Source: a virus (taxonomy: Duplodnaviria > Caudoviricetes). Taken from it: DNA of 42,232 nucleotides. The translations under genes were made by a program, and so were the position numbers. Below, one piece after another: positions 19,627-28,571 of this stretch (its first letter is position 1; every line of letters begins with the position of its first letter). Under the pieces are notes generated by a model. It was not told the DNA's origin. It ran no database searches and worked only from the letters and a program-made list of their open reading frames with translations. The stretch is taken from positions 1 to 42,232 of the IMG/VR virus record IMGVR_UViG_3300044723_008778; one strand, written 5' to 3'.

Positions 19627-20342
19627 GCAGCAGCTCCAAACTTGAAGAGCGCGTCGCCAGAACTGTTCACTGGATTGGCAGTCGATGTTCCCATGAGCGA
19701 GAAGCCCTTGGACGCCATCAGCTCAACTGTCTCTGTGAATGACATGGCTCCCTCGTACTGCATCTCCCCGAACTCGATCCAGATGTGTTTCACACCTTCG
19801 ATGGCAGTGCCCATCCCTTCGATGACATCCCTCTCTGCGCCCTGAACATCTATCCAGGCCAGATCTATCGAATCCACGCTGTTCTTAGATGCCCAATCAT
19901 CGTATCTGATCGTGTCGACATGTACTGGCTCCTCTAGTGTGAGATGGTATCCCTTCTTGAGAGAAGAGGAGCCGGAGTTGCCAAGCTTGAGATCCTTGTA
20001 GTCACTGCCCTCAATCCATCCGTACTTCTCCGGGACCGATGTCTCGTTTGGGTTGTGCGACTGATAGAATGGAAGCGTGCCATTCTTGTTGGACAATGCA
20101 GCCTTGAACAGGATCACGCGATCGTCACTCATATGCTTCTCGAACACTTCAGCGGATCTAGGATCTGGCTCGAAGCAGTAGATCTTGCCCACGTTATCGC
20201 CGAGCGCGTGAAGAAACCTCTGCGTGTCCTCTCCGAAGTGAGCACCAACTTCCAGGATCCTGATGGGTCCAGTAGCAGAACCTGTGAGCAGCTCGGTGAA
20301 GAATGCGAACTTGCTCTCGTACCCGCTCATGTATGCTTTCAT
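19623..20342 (-). CDS. FkbM-family methyltransferase
   Basis: LEVGAHFGED, CFEPDP, AALS, IDLAWIDVQGAE. Confidence 0.9.
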   Translation of the reverse strand: MKAYMSGYESKFAFFTELLTGSATGPIRILEVGAHFGEDTQRFLHALGDNVGKIYCFEPDPRSAEVFEKHMSDDRVILFKAALSNKNGTLPFYQSHNPNETSVPEKYGWIEGSDYKDLKLGNSGSSSLKKGYHLTLEEPVHVDTIRYDDWASKNSVDSIDLAWIDVQGAERDVIEGMGTAIEGVKHIWIEFGEMQYEGAMSFTETVELMASKGFSLMGTSTANPVNSSGDALFKFGAAA

Positions 20343-21280
20343 CGAATGCTCCTATCGCTCTCTAGAAACTCAATGACTGAATCAGCCCTACTGCTCCAAG
20401 TGTGCAGCTTGACGTCCCTGTTGGCGCTCTCGATTATGGAAGCGACCTTGTCTGGATCATTCAGGACGATGGAGAGCTTCTCCTCGAAATCGCTCAGATC
20501 GCTCTTGAACAGCAGGCAGTTGTCGCCGTCTCTGAAAATGCCTTCGTATCCGTTTCCAGGCTGCTCTGCCAACAGAACCGTGCCAGAGGCCAGCACTTCG
20601 AAGTATCTAGGAGTCACGTCACCAAAAGCTGCGAGCGTTGCTAGCCAAGACTTCGACCTTCCTATCGCTGCTGCATAGTCGTCGTAAGAGGATATGCGAT
20701 CAGCCACGGAGTCGCTGCCGTTCCAAAACACGTCGCCGTTATCAACCGTGTTGAGGACAATCTCCCTGATCTTGGATCTAATCGACGGATTGGCGAATGC
20801 TCCATCGGGATACAGGTTGTGCTCGTGGAGAGCGCCACTGAAACCAACCGAGAACTCTTTCGATAGTTCTCGATCATGGAAGATGTTGTCGAAGTGTCCG
20901 TACGGCAGCAACTCAGAACGGAGACCAAGCTCAGCTGCAGATTCAACGACTAGCGGAACAGAAGAGTACACGCAGTCCACCTGAGACGCTCGGCAGAACT
21001 CTAGCTTGCTGTCCAGATTGCTCTGCGGCTTGAAAGCGTACGCGGCCTTGGTGACCTTGATCCCAGAATGATCGGGATACTCTGGCCTATTGAACCATCC
21101 GAGCCCATAGATGACGGCATCGAAGCTGGCATTAACCGCGTCTAGATCGCTGTCAGCCACGCCGCTGGCTAGAGTGACCTTCGCGCCTCGATTGGCCATG
21201 GCCATCGGCAAGCCATAGTAGTAGATGTACTTCTGCTGAGTCGCTGGGTTCGCATCAGGATCTACGTACAGGATCTTCAT
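20339..21280 (-). CDS. Glycosyltransferase, CgeB/Glyco_trans_1_2-like
   Basis: VGFSGA...R and TPRYFEVLASGTVLL...FRDGDN patterns. Confidence 0.8.
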   Translation of the reverse strand: MKILYVDPDANPATQQKYIYYYGLPMAMANRGAKVTLASGVADSDLDAVNASFDAVIYGLGWFNRPEYPDHSGIKVTKAAYAFKPQSNLDSKLEFCRASQVDCVYSSVPLVVESAAELGLRSELLPYGHFDNIFHDRELSKEFSVGFSGALHEHNLYPDGAFANPSIRSKIREIVLNTVDNGDVFWNGSDSVADRISSYDDYAAAIGRSKSWLATLAAFGDVTPRYFEVLASGTVLLAEQPGNGYEGIFRDGDNCLLFKSDLSDFEEKLSIVLNDPDKVASIIESANRDVKLHTWSSRADSVIEFLESDRSIR

Positions 21281-22029
21281 CGGCCAGCAGGCTTCCGAAA
21301 GTGAACCATGGCTAGCGTCCTATCGTGATCTCCGATAGCATCCTTGCTCACTACTTCGAAGCCGATCCTCTCCGCTTCTTCAGAGAGCATGTCAGGCCCG
21401 TAGAAGTACCATCTTCCCGGAATGGCCTCACCATCGTGGTCCTGAATGAAAGCTTCCCAATTGTTGAACCTAGCTCTTCTCATCAGCTTCTGCTTGCCAC
21501 CTTCAGACGCGTACTTGTCGGCATCGGCTATGGCGATCATGAGATTGGCACCTGGCTTACACTTGTCGTACAGCGATTCCAGGTACGCGACAGCACCAGA
21601 GAACGATATGTGGCAGAACACGTCATGCGAGAACACAAAGTCCAGCGAATCATCTTCGATGCTAGAACAAGAGAAGTCAGTCACTTGATGGTACTTGGTC
21701 TTATCGTGGTACTTCTCTGGCATGTATTTCCAGAACCCAGTATGCTCAGCCGCTTGAATGTCGATGCCGTGGCATTCCTTGGCTTCTTTGGCCATTCTCA
21801 GTAGCCATCCGCCGCCGTTGGTGCCGATGTCAACCACGACCGCATCTTTGATGTAGGGCTCGATGCAGATCTCTTCGATCTTCCACATGTCACAATGCAT
21901 GGCACCCGTGCTCTGACGATCTCTGGCACAGGATTCGAATCCCTGGACGCTGATTGGTGTGCCGCCACCCCACAGGCCTACCATTCCGCTAATCTCTTTC
22001 TCGAGCTTGCTGCTGTCTTCACTCGCCAT
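21277..22029 (-). CDS. Class I SAM-dependent methyltransferase
   Basis: VVDIGTNGGGW, GIDI, DDSLDFVFSHDVFCHI, CKPGA. Confidence 0.85.
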   Translation of the reverse strand: MASEDSSKLEKEISGMVGLWGGGTPISVQGFESCARDRQSTGAMHCDMWKIEEICIEPYIKDAVVVDIGTNGGGWLLRMAKEAKECHGIDIQAAEHTGFWKYMPEKYHDKTKYHQVTDFSCSSIEDDSLDFVFSHDVFCHISFSGAVAYLESLYDKCKPGANLMIAIADADKYASEGGKQKLMRRARFNNWEAFIQDHDGEAIPGRWYFYGPDMLSEEAERIGFEVVSKDAIGDHDRTLAMVHFRKPAGR

Positions 22030-22030
22030 G

Positions 22031-22924
22031 TTATCTCCTCGGATCCTTCACACTTGGCGCTATGTCCTGCATTCCCCTGAACAGGTCCTGCTTGTAAGTG
22101 CCGTTCTCAACCAGGCCGACATTGACGATCTCTGGCTGAACCATGTGAGCGTACAGAGACACGACCTCGTTATCGCCCCACCGGTGCTTGTAGATGCCGC
22201 CGTGTTGATTGACGGCTGCTATCCACGATTTCCACAGATCCGTCTTGAACGTGTCTGTGTTGATCACGTATGTGTCACACCAGTCCAAGAAGTGGAAGTT
22301 CCAGCCAGCATTAGGATCGTCCATGAGGGCTCTCAGGCGCTCATTCTTTGGCTCGATGCCATTCCTGCTGATGAAATCTCTCGTCAGGTCCCAGAGGCCT
22401 TCACGCGTATCCAGGTGGCCTTGGTGCGGTCCGCCATTTTTTAGGCGCTGACCCACGAAGTAGGCTCCGATGTCATGGCCAGACTGCTCAACGATCGTGA
22501 TGGGGTTCTCTTCTACCACCCTGGTGTAGCCACCCTCGTCATCGTGCACGATCATCCACTGATGCTCATTGGCTCTGCACTGGTCATGGTCATACATGTT
22601 ACTGACCAAGTGGCACATGTGCAAGTAGCCCTTTCGTCGGATGCCGAATCCTCTCGCGTAGCTGTTGTAGTGGCGATTGTAGAAGAGCTCTTGTTCTGGG
22701 ATGTGAATAGGCGTTCGGTAGTTGATGCTGATGAACCTAACATCCTGCTGAGTGCCTTCAACCAATCGAGCTCTTAGTTCCCTGTCATCGTAGATGTCAT
22801 CGAAGTAGTAGACGTTGACTGGGAACCCTTTATCCTTGTTGTAGCCATTCCAGATGGTGGCAAGCGCATGCTTGATGCAAGCACTTCGAGAGGAAACGAT
22901 GTTGATGCTAGCCTTTTCCGTCAT
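22031..22924 (-). CDS. GT15 (KRE2/MNT1-like) glycosyltransferase
   Basis: GYLHMCH (cf. Kre2 SYRHMCR), HDDE at the metal-binding position, GGIYKHRWGD (cf. GGFFYERWGD). Confidence 0.72.
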   Translation of the reverse strand: MTEKASINIVSSRSACIKHALATIWNGYNKDKGFPVNVYYFDDIYDDRELRARLVEGTQQDVRFISINYRTPIHIPEQELFYNRHYNSYARGFGIRRKGYLHMCHLVSNMYDHDQCRANEHQWMIVHDDEGGYTRVVEENPITIVEQSGHDIGAYFVGQRLKNGGPHQGHLDTREGLWDLTRDFISRNGIEPKNERLRALMDDPNAGWNFHFLDWCDTYVINTDTFKTDLWKSWIAAVNQHGGIYKHRWGDNEVVSLYAHMVQPEIVNVGLVENGTYKQDLFRGMQDIAPSVKDPRR

Positions 22925-22925
22925 G

Positions 22926-23771
22926 TCAAACTGCCTCTAGCGCTGCAAATGCATCCGAGTAGCTGCAAACCTTGGTGTCTTTCCCGGCACAGAACTCAAG
23001 GAACGAACCGAACTGCTTCGTAAGCTGATCAGGCCCATCCAAACTAACCTCAACAGGCTCGTTGTTTACTGTCACCGTCTTGGCAACCAGGTCGCCAATG
23101 AGCAGATCGCCCTCAGACTCGATCACGATCCTGCGATCAACAGAATCATGGAGCCAACTGGAATGGATAGTGGCTGTCGTCTCACCATGACTCAAGCTGT
23201 ACTTGGCATCGATAACTCTTCCTGTTTCACCCGTCTGCTTGGATCGGTCAGAGACGTTGACATCACCCAGCATGTATCTAGCCAGATCCAGGTCATGGAT
23301 AGACAGATCAAGATCAACACCCACATCAGCAATGCGAGTCGGCAAGCTGCTCAGCCTGAAGAAGCTGCACGTGTCAACTCTTCTGCCTTTCGTGGCATCG
23401 ACCAGGGCTTCAACAACTGGATTGAACCTCTCAATGTGGCCCACTGCAAGCGAGCCAGAGAATCTCTCCAGCCTTCTTGCTGCATCCAAACTGTTGGAGA
23501 TCGGCTTCTCAACAAGCACCTTGAGGCCGGCTTCGAGAAGCATCTCTGCCGCATCAACGTGCGTGGTAGTAGGGCTAGCAACCACAGCCAAGTCGTGTGG
23601 CCCTGATGCCAAGCACTCCTGCAGCGACGAGAAGTGAGTCTCGTTATTCAGCAGCTCCTTGGACAGTTCGCCAGGCTCCACAACAGACACGCTATCGACA
23701 ACCTCGAAGTTCCTAATGGCATTCAAGTGATAGCCGCCCATCTTCCCGCAACCGACTAGAACAACCCTCAC
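22926..23771 (-). CDS. Gfo/Idh/MocA oxidoreductase (WbpB/WlbA-like nucleotide-sugar 3-dehydrogenase)
   Basis: VGCGKMG, VASPTTTH, VLVEKPI, VGHIERFNP, DLSIHDLD. Confidence 0.88.
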   Translation of the reverse strand: MRVVLVGCGKMGGYHLNAIRNFEVVDSVSVVEPGELSKELLNNETHFSSLQECLASGPHDLAVVASPTTTHVDAAEMLLEAGLKVLVEKPISNSLDAARRLERFSGSLAVGHIERFNPVVEALVDATKGRRVDTCSFFRLSSLPTRIADVGVDLDLSIHDLDLARYMLGDVNVSDRSKQTGETGRVIDAKYSLSHGETTATIHSSWLHDSVDRRIVIESEGDLLIGDLVAKTVTVNNEPVEVSLDGPDQLTKQFGSFLEFCAGKDTKVCSYSDAFAALEAV

Positions 23772-24871
23772 TTGGTAGCCTCCAGAATCGACTTAGCCAC
23801 GTGGCTAAGCTCTTCGTCCGTGAGGTCAGGGAAGATTGGCACAGCAAAGACGCCCTCACACACCCTGTTGCAGACAGGCAGATCCGTGTTCCTGAACTCT
23901 TCAGGAATGGCCGTCCTGCTAGATGCTGGGAATGGATAATAGCAAGCCGTCGGAACGCCCAGCTCGTTCAGCTTGTTCCTGACTTCCTCTCGATTGGCCG
24001 CTCTGATCGAGTACTGATTGAACACGTGCTTGCCGCGGTCGTCAGCAAACGGTAGAACCAAATCAGCGCCATCGAGAACTGAATTGTAGTAGGCTGCATT
24101 GCTGGCTCGAGCGTTGTTCCACTCGTCGACGTGCTTCAACTTGACGCTCAGGACAGCTGCCTGAAGAGCATCGAGTCTGAAGTTCCCACCGAGATACAGG
24201 TGGTCGTATCTGACATCAGGGTTGAGCCCGTGCTGCCTCATTGAGATCATCTTCTTGTAGCTCTCTTCGCAGTTGGTCACAACTGCACCGCCGTCGCCGA
24301 AGCAGCCGAGATTCTTGGCGGGGAAGAAGCTGAAGCAGCCGAAGTTGCCCATCGAGCCAGCCTTCTTGCCGTTCCACTCTGCACCGATTGCTTGAGCAGC
24401 ATCCTCGATCACGACCAGGCCGTGTTCGTTGGCGATCTCCAGAACAGCTGTCATGTCAGCGCACTGCCCGAAGATGTGAACTGGCATGATCGCCTTGGTC
24501 GATGGCGTGATGGCCTCAACGACTCTGTCTGGATCGATGTTGTAGGTATCCTCGCGAATGTCAACGAAGACAGGCTTGGCACCTACCCTGATGATAGCTT
24601 CTGCTGTCGCAAAGAACGTGAATGGCGAGGTGATGACCTCATCGCCCTTTCCGATGCCGGCTGCCAAAAGAGACAAGATGAGGGCATCAGTGCCAGAGCT
24701 ACATCCGACTGCAAACTTGGTGCCGCAGTACTCAGCCAGCTCTTCTTCGAACTTAGAGACAGAGCTACCAAGAATGAACATTTGGGAATCAATAACGCCT
24801 TGAACAGCCTCATCTAGTTGCTCTTTCAGCTGCGCATACTGGCGCTTTAGGTCCAAGAATGGGACTTTCAT
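23768..24871 (-). CDS. DegT/DnrJ/EryC1/StrS PLP-dependent sugar aminotransferase (WbpE/WlbC-like)
   Basis: SSGTDAL, PFTFFAT, IEDAAQA, SFFPAKNLG (catalytic Lys), NFRLDALQAA. Confidence 0.93.
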   Translation of the reverse strand: MKVPFLDLKRQYAQLKEQLDEAVQGVIDSQMFILGSSVSKFEEELAEYCGTKFAVGCSSGTDALILSLLAAGIGKGDEVITSPFTFFATAEAIIRVGAKPVFVDIREDTYNIDPDRVVEAITPSTKAIMPVHIFGQCADMTAVLEIANEHGLVVIEDAAQAIGAEWNGKKAGSMGNFGCFSFFPAKNLGCFGDGGAVVTNCEESYKKMISMRQHGLNPDVRYDHLYLGGNFRLDALQAAVLSVKLKHVDEWNNARASNAAYYNSVLDGADLVLPFADDRGKHVFNQYSIRAANREEVRNKLNELGVPTACYYPFPASSRTAIPEEFRNTDLPVCNRVCEGVFAVPIFPDLTDEELSHVAKSILEATK

Positions 24872-24873
24872 TG

Positions 24874-25848
24874 TTAGCTCACGGTGTGTTGTAGCATGTT
24901 TTCTAGCGCACTGGCGTAGCTGTGCGCATCTCTCATCATCGTTCCATCTAGGCTATCAACCATGATGAACGGATTCCTTCTCTGCTTTCTGCCGCTATCC
25001 ATGTCTAGCGCAGGCGGCTCGTACAGCTTGCAGGGCCCGAACGTCTCCTCGTCCTGAATCTCTGTCCAGGATTCGCACCACGGCAGGCCTACAGGCAGCT
25101 CGTTGGTGCCGCCAGCTGTGGAGCAGACAAGATGACAGCCGCAAGCTAGGGCGTCGACCACCACGTTGGGACAGTGGTCAAGCCAAGCCAGGTGAACGAA
25201 CGTCGAGCATGCCTTCATTGCTCCGATGAGAACAGACCATGGCTGCTCACCAACGTAGACAACTCGATCCGAAGCGATCTTGGCGACTCCGTTCAGGACA
25301 TCTTGGTCATCAGCCTTTCCGAACACCAGCATGGCAGCGTTGTCTGGCGCGTGGGCTTCGAAGTATCGCACATTGTCCTCGAGCCGCTTGTGAGGCCGCC
25401 AGTGGGCAGCACACATCCAGAACTCTTCGTACCTAGCCAGCTGCGGGATGGCATTCTTGATGTCCATGGGCTCCACCTGCTCGATGATGTCGTGGCAGGT
25501 TCCATTCTGGATCGTGTGGATGTTGGCACGCTTGCCGAAGTGGTGCTCGATGAGACCTCGGTCGTACTCCGACTGAACAACTACAGCATCGGCCTCGTCG
25601 TAAGCAGCCTTGATGGGAGCGTTCTGGGCCCGCCAGTCCTGGTCGCTATTGAAGTAGATGCCATCCAGCCGCAACAACGTGGGAGCGACCTTGTTCACGA
25701 CCTGAATGAACGAGATTTGAGCATCGGGCTCATCTCTGGGGCCGACGATCTCATGGCCCAACTGCGTCAGCTTGCGAGCAAGCTTCTGCGCGTAGTTGTT
25801 GGGGCCGTTGGAAGCCCCGAAGTTGACGTTGTCGAAGTAGATCTTCAC
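24874..25848 (-). CDS. Glycosyltransferase, GT-B fold (divergent GT4-like)
   Basis: NGPNNY, RLDG, WRPHKR, DHCPNVVVDALACG (D-x7-D in place of E-x7-E). Confidence 0.8.
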   Translation of the reverse strand: MKIYFDNVNFGASNGPNNYAQKLARKLTQLGHEIVGPRDEPDAQISFIQVVNKVAPTLLRLDGIYFNSDQDWRAQNAPIKAAYDEADAVVVQSEYDRGLIEHHFGKRANIHTIQNGTCHDIIEQVEPMDIKNAIPQLARYEEFWMCAAHWRPHKRLEDNVRYFEAHAPDNAAMLVFGKADDQDVLNGVAKIASDRVVYVGEQPWSVLIGAMKACSTFVHLAWLDHCPNVVVDALACGCHLVCSTAGGTNELPVGLPWCESWTEIQDEETFGPCKLYEPPALDMDSGRKQRRNPFIMVDSLDGTMMRDAHSYASALENMLQHTVS

Positions 25849-26582
25849 TCGATGTAGCCTCTAGCCCTAATGAACTCTGCTGAGCCCTTCTGTTTGAAGC
25901 TGCGCTCAGTATTGAACAGGTTCGGATCTTGCAGATCGATGTCATAATGGTACATGACTCTCGGCAAGAATACAAGCGGTTTGTTGGCAAGACGGGCTCT
26001 CTCCATCATCGGCAGGAAGACGGCCTGGTCGCAAGCGATCATGATCCAGTTACCATCTTCGTCTTTGAAGTTGTCCTCGTTGAGCCCCTTGAGCTCGCTA
26101 GCAACGAACGTCTTCAAGTGCGATGACTTCCAGGGCTGCTCGTAGACGGACTTGCTGGCGTCGATAGGGCCAGAGATGTTGTGATCCGTCAGCGACCACC
26201 TGTGAGCCGTCCAGAGAACGGCCGGCTTGACCTGGTCATAGAACACGTTGATGATAGCAAGCGCGTCCAAGTCGATCAGGTAGTCACCAGCATCGAGACG
26301 GACGATGACTTCATCATCCTCAGCCATGTTGTTCACGATGTCTAGGGTGTTCCTGACCTCGCCGTGCTTCTCTTCACGCTTGATGACGGTGACCTTCTCT
26401 GAGACGCCTAGCCTCTCTGCGTAACCAGCCGCAGCCTCGGCCGTGTCATCATCAGACACATCGTCGATGACCACCATGCGCCAGTTATCGTAGGACTGAC
26501 CTGCCACGGAGAGCATGGTGCGCCACAGCTTCTCGCGGCAGTTGTAGGCAGGCGTCAGGACTAGCATGCCAGCACCACTCAA
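25845..26582 (-). CDS. Glycosyltransferase family 2
   Basis: TPAYN, SVAGQSY, IDDVSDD, RLDAGD; TTG start overlaps the upstream TGA. Confidence 0.88.
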   Translation of the reverse strand: MSGAGMLVLTPAYNCREKLWRTMLSVAGQSYDNWRMVVIDDVSDDDTAEAAAGYAERLGVSEKVTVIKREEKHGEVRNTLDIVNNMAEDDEVIVRLDAGDYLIDLDALAIINVFYDQVKPAVLWTAHRWSLTDHNISGPIDASKSVYEQPWKSSHLKTFVASELKGLNEDNFKDEDGNWIMIACDQAVFLPMMERARLANKPLVFLPRVMYHYDIDLQDPNLFNTERSFKQKGSAEFIRARGYIE

Positions 26583-28483
26583 GCTGCCACCTCGATCTTC
26601 ACGTGAGGCATCGGCCGGCTCAGGTCGACCTTAGTGTGGAACACGTGGCCGCCAGTCTCATTAGCCAAGCGAGCGCCCATCTCCTCGATCTCCTGCTCAG
26701 TGACCTCTGACCAGGGCTTATCGAAGACCATGTTCTTCTCAGCCGTGTCCTCCACCTCCTGGCCGTAGAGAGACTGCCAGAACCCGGACCAGTGATCGCG
26801 GTACATGCGCAGCTTGCGAGGGATGTCGATCCAGCTGTAGTGGACGACGCCTGGCAGGGAGTTGACTGCGCGCTGGAACCAGTCCTCGTATGCCACCAGG
26901 GCGTTGGGGTTGCCTTGCAGGGCTGCGATGCGTATCTGGTGGACGCCCTGGTCGTAGAACCCGGCGTGCGGAAGCTGGTCGCCCGTCTCTCTGTTGATGT
27001 AGTCGCAGGAATCGGTTCCGGGCAGAGCATAGACGGTTCCGTCTTCTCTCTCTTGACGAAGAGGACCCGGGATGCCGTGCGTGATGTGCGGCTTGTTGCG
27101 GCTCAGGCGCCACTTCCACGGGTTGATGTCGACCCGCACCTTCTCCTTCGAGCCCCAGTACTCCACGACGGGCAGGTCCACGATGTCGATCGCCTTCGGG
27201 AAGTGTCGGCACAGGTTGACGATCTTCTCCTTGCTGCCGGCCGGGACCACCTCGTCCACGTCCTGCTGCCAGCAGAACTCCATGGTGCACAGGTCTCTAG
27301 CTCGAGCCTTCTGCCAGCCGTCTGACTGCGGGGCCCAATCGGAGGAGTCCCAGTCAACCAGATGCTGGTGCACAACCAGCCTTGGTTCTTCCTCAGACCA
27401 CTGCTGGAGCCATTCCCACGTGCCGTCGCTAGAACCAGCGTCCACAACGACAACCTCGTCACAGAACGCCAACAGGGAATCGATGGACTCTCGCCAGGGG
27501 TAGCCGCTCTTGTCGCAGTCGTACGTGGTCGTGTAGCCTGAGACCGTGGGGACATAGTTCATGTGGTACTTGATCGCGTTCCAGAAGACCTCTCTAGCGG
27601 CGTAGAGGTAAGACTCGATGTCGAGCAGGTTGTCGGTCGCGAACCACTCCTCATCCTTGTGCTGCACGTTGTCGTTGAGGTCGAGCTCCAAGCCGAGCAG
27701 CTTCGCCTCGATGACGACGCGAGGGCAGGTGTCAGCGCCGAGGGGGTGGAAGATGAGGCCCTTGGAAGACGCGAGCTTCTCGAGCATGTCATCGTAGGGC
27801 AGGCCCCAAACCTCTTCCACCTCATAGCCCTTCTCTTCAGCAACCTTGATGGCCTCGTCTCGGCCCTTGATCCAACTCGGAGAAGAGAGCACGATCCACT
27901 TGTCGCTCACATCTTCTCGAGCTTCCCTGAGAGCCTTGATCTTAGCGAAGAACTCGTCGTTGAAGACGGAACTGAGGACCTGGGTATCGGCACCAGACAA
28001 GAACGGGAACAGGTTAGCGTACCTCTGCTCCTGGGCCTCGGACATCCAAAAGGTCTTCTTGGCGCCGAGCAGAAGAGAAGAGTAGAGCTTGCCCTGCATC
28101 TCCTCATGACAGTTGCACTCAACACCTTCAACAGAGAGATGCTTCTCTGGGCTCCTCCACTTGCAGTACTTGTAGTCGTACTCAACAACTGCGTACTGGA
28201 GGTTGGCAATGATGGTGGGAATCAACTGCCAATCCAGGGCTCCAATGTTGAAGAACACCCAGAACTTGTCTTGGTGCTTCTGGAGCATGTCCATGGTGAC
28301 CTGGGAACTCAACAGACGACCGATGCCCATGCCGTCAGGCACAGACTCAATCAGGGCTTCAGTGCTCAGCTCTGCACCGCCTTGGTACTGATCAGCGAAC
28401 GCATCGGCCACAAATACTAGATCAACATCACCCAGCTGCATCACTTGGGTGGACGTATCTCCAAAAGGACTCTTATTGAACAT
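26579..28483 (-). CDS. Two-domain glycosyltransferase (N-terminal GT-B-like, C-terminal GT2-like)
   Basis: N-half GGAELS...WIKG...DTCPRVVIEAKLLG; C-half DEVVVVDAGSSDGT...QQDVDE. Confidence 0.82.
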   Translation of the reverse strand: MFNKSPFGDTSTQVMQLGDVDLVFVADAFADQYQGGAELSTEALIESVPDGMGIGRLLSSQVTMDMLQKHQDKFWVFFNIGALDWQLIPTIIANLQYAVVEYDYKYCKWRSPEKHLSVEGVECNCHEEMQGKLYSSLLLGAKKTFWMSEAQEQRYANLFPFLSGADTQVLSSVFNDEFFAKIKALREAREDVSDKWIVLSSPSWIKGRDEAIKVAEEKGYEVEEVWGLPYDDMLEKLASSKGLIFHPLGADTCPRVVIEAKLLGLELDLNDNVQHKDEEWFATDNLLDIESYLYAAREVFWNAIKYHMNYVPTVSGYTTTYDCDKSGYPWRESIDSLLAFCDEVVVVDAGSSDGTWEWLQQWSEEEPRLVVHQHLVDWDSSDWAPQSDGWQKARARDLCTMEFCWQQDVDEVVPAGSKEKIVNLCRHFPKAIDIVDLPVVEYWGSKEKVRVDINPWKWRLSRNKPHITHGIPGPLRQEREDGTVYALPGTDSCDYINRETGDQLPHAGFYDQGVHQIRIAALQGNPNALVAYEDWFQRAVNSLPGVVHYSWIDIPRKLRMYRDHWSGFWQSLYGQEVEDTAEKNMVFDKPWSEVTEQEIEEMGARLANETGGHVFHTKVDLSRPMPHVKIEVAA

Positions 28484-28498
28484 GTATATGGATCCTGT

Positions 28499-28546
28499 TG
28501 TTCTAGTGTTCTAGTTTTCTAGTGTTTTGGTGTTTTAGGGTTCTTA
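28499..28546. repeat. Six imperfect 8-bp tandem repeats, consensus TGTTYTAG
   Basis: tgttctag tgttctag ttttctag tgttttgg tgttttag ggttctta in an AT-rich intergenic gap. Confidence 0.85.
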
Positions 28547-28571
28547 AAAGAGGTATGCATGTTCAGCGAGT

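Noticed and set aside
16238-24871. GDP-colitose pathway (Gmd + ColD + ColC + GT11)
   Set aside because: ColD has His in place of the PLP lysine, whereas this DegT protein keeps Lys (SFFPAKNLG) and is paired with a WbpB-like oxidoreductase. GDP-fucose is the simpler reading.
28499-28546. CRISPR array associated with the Cas4-like gene
   Set aside because: The units are 8 bp, directly abutting and have no spacers.
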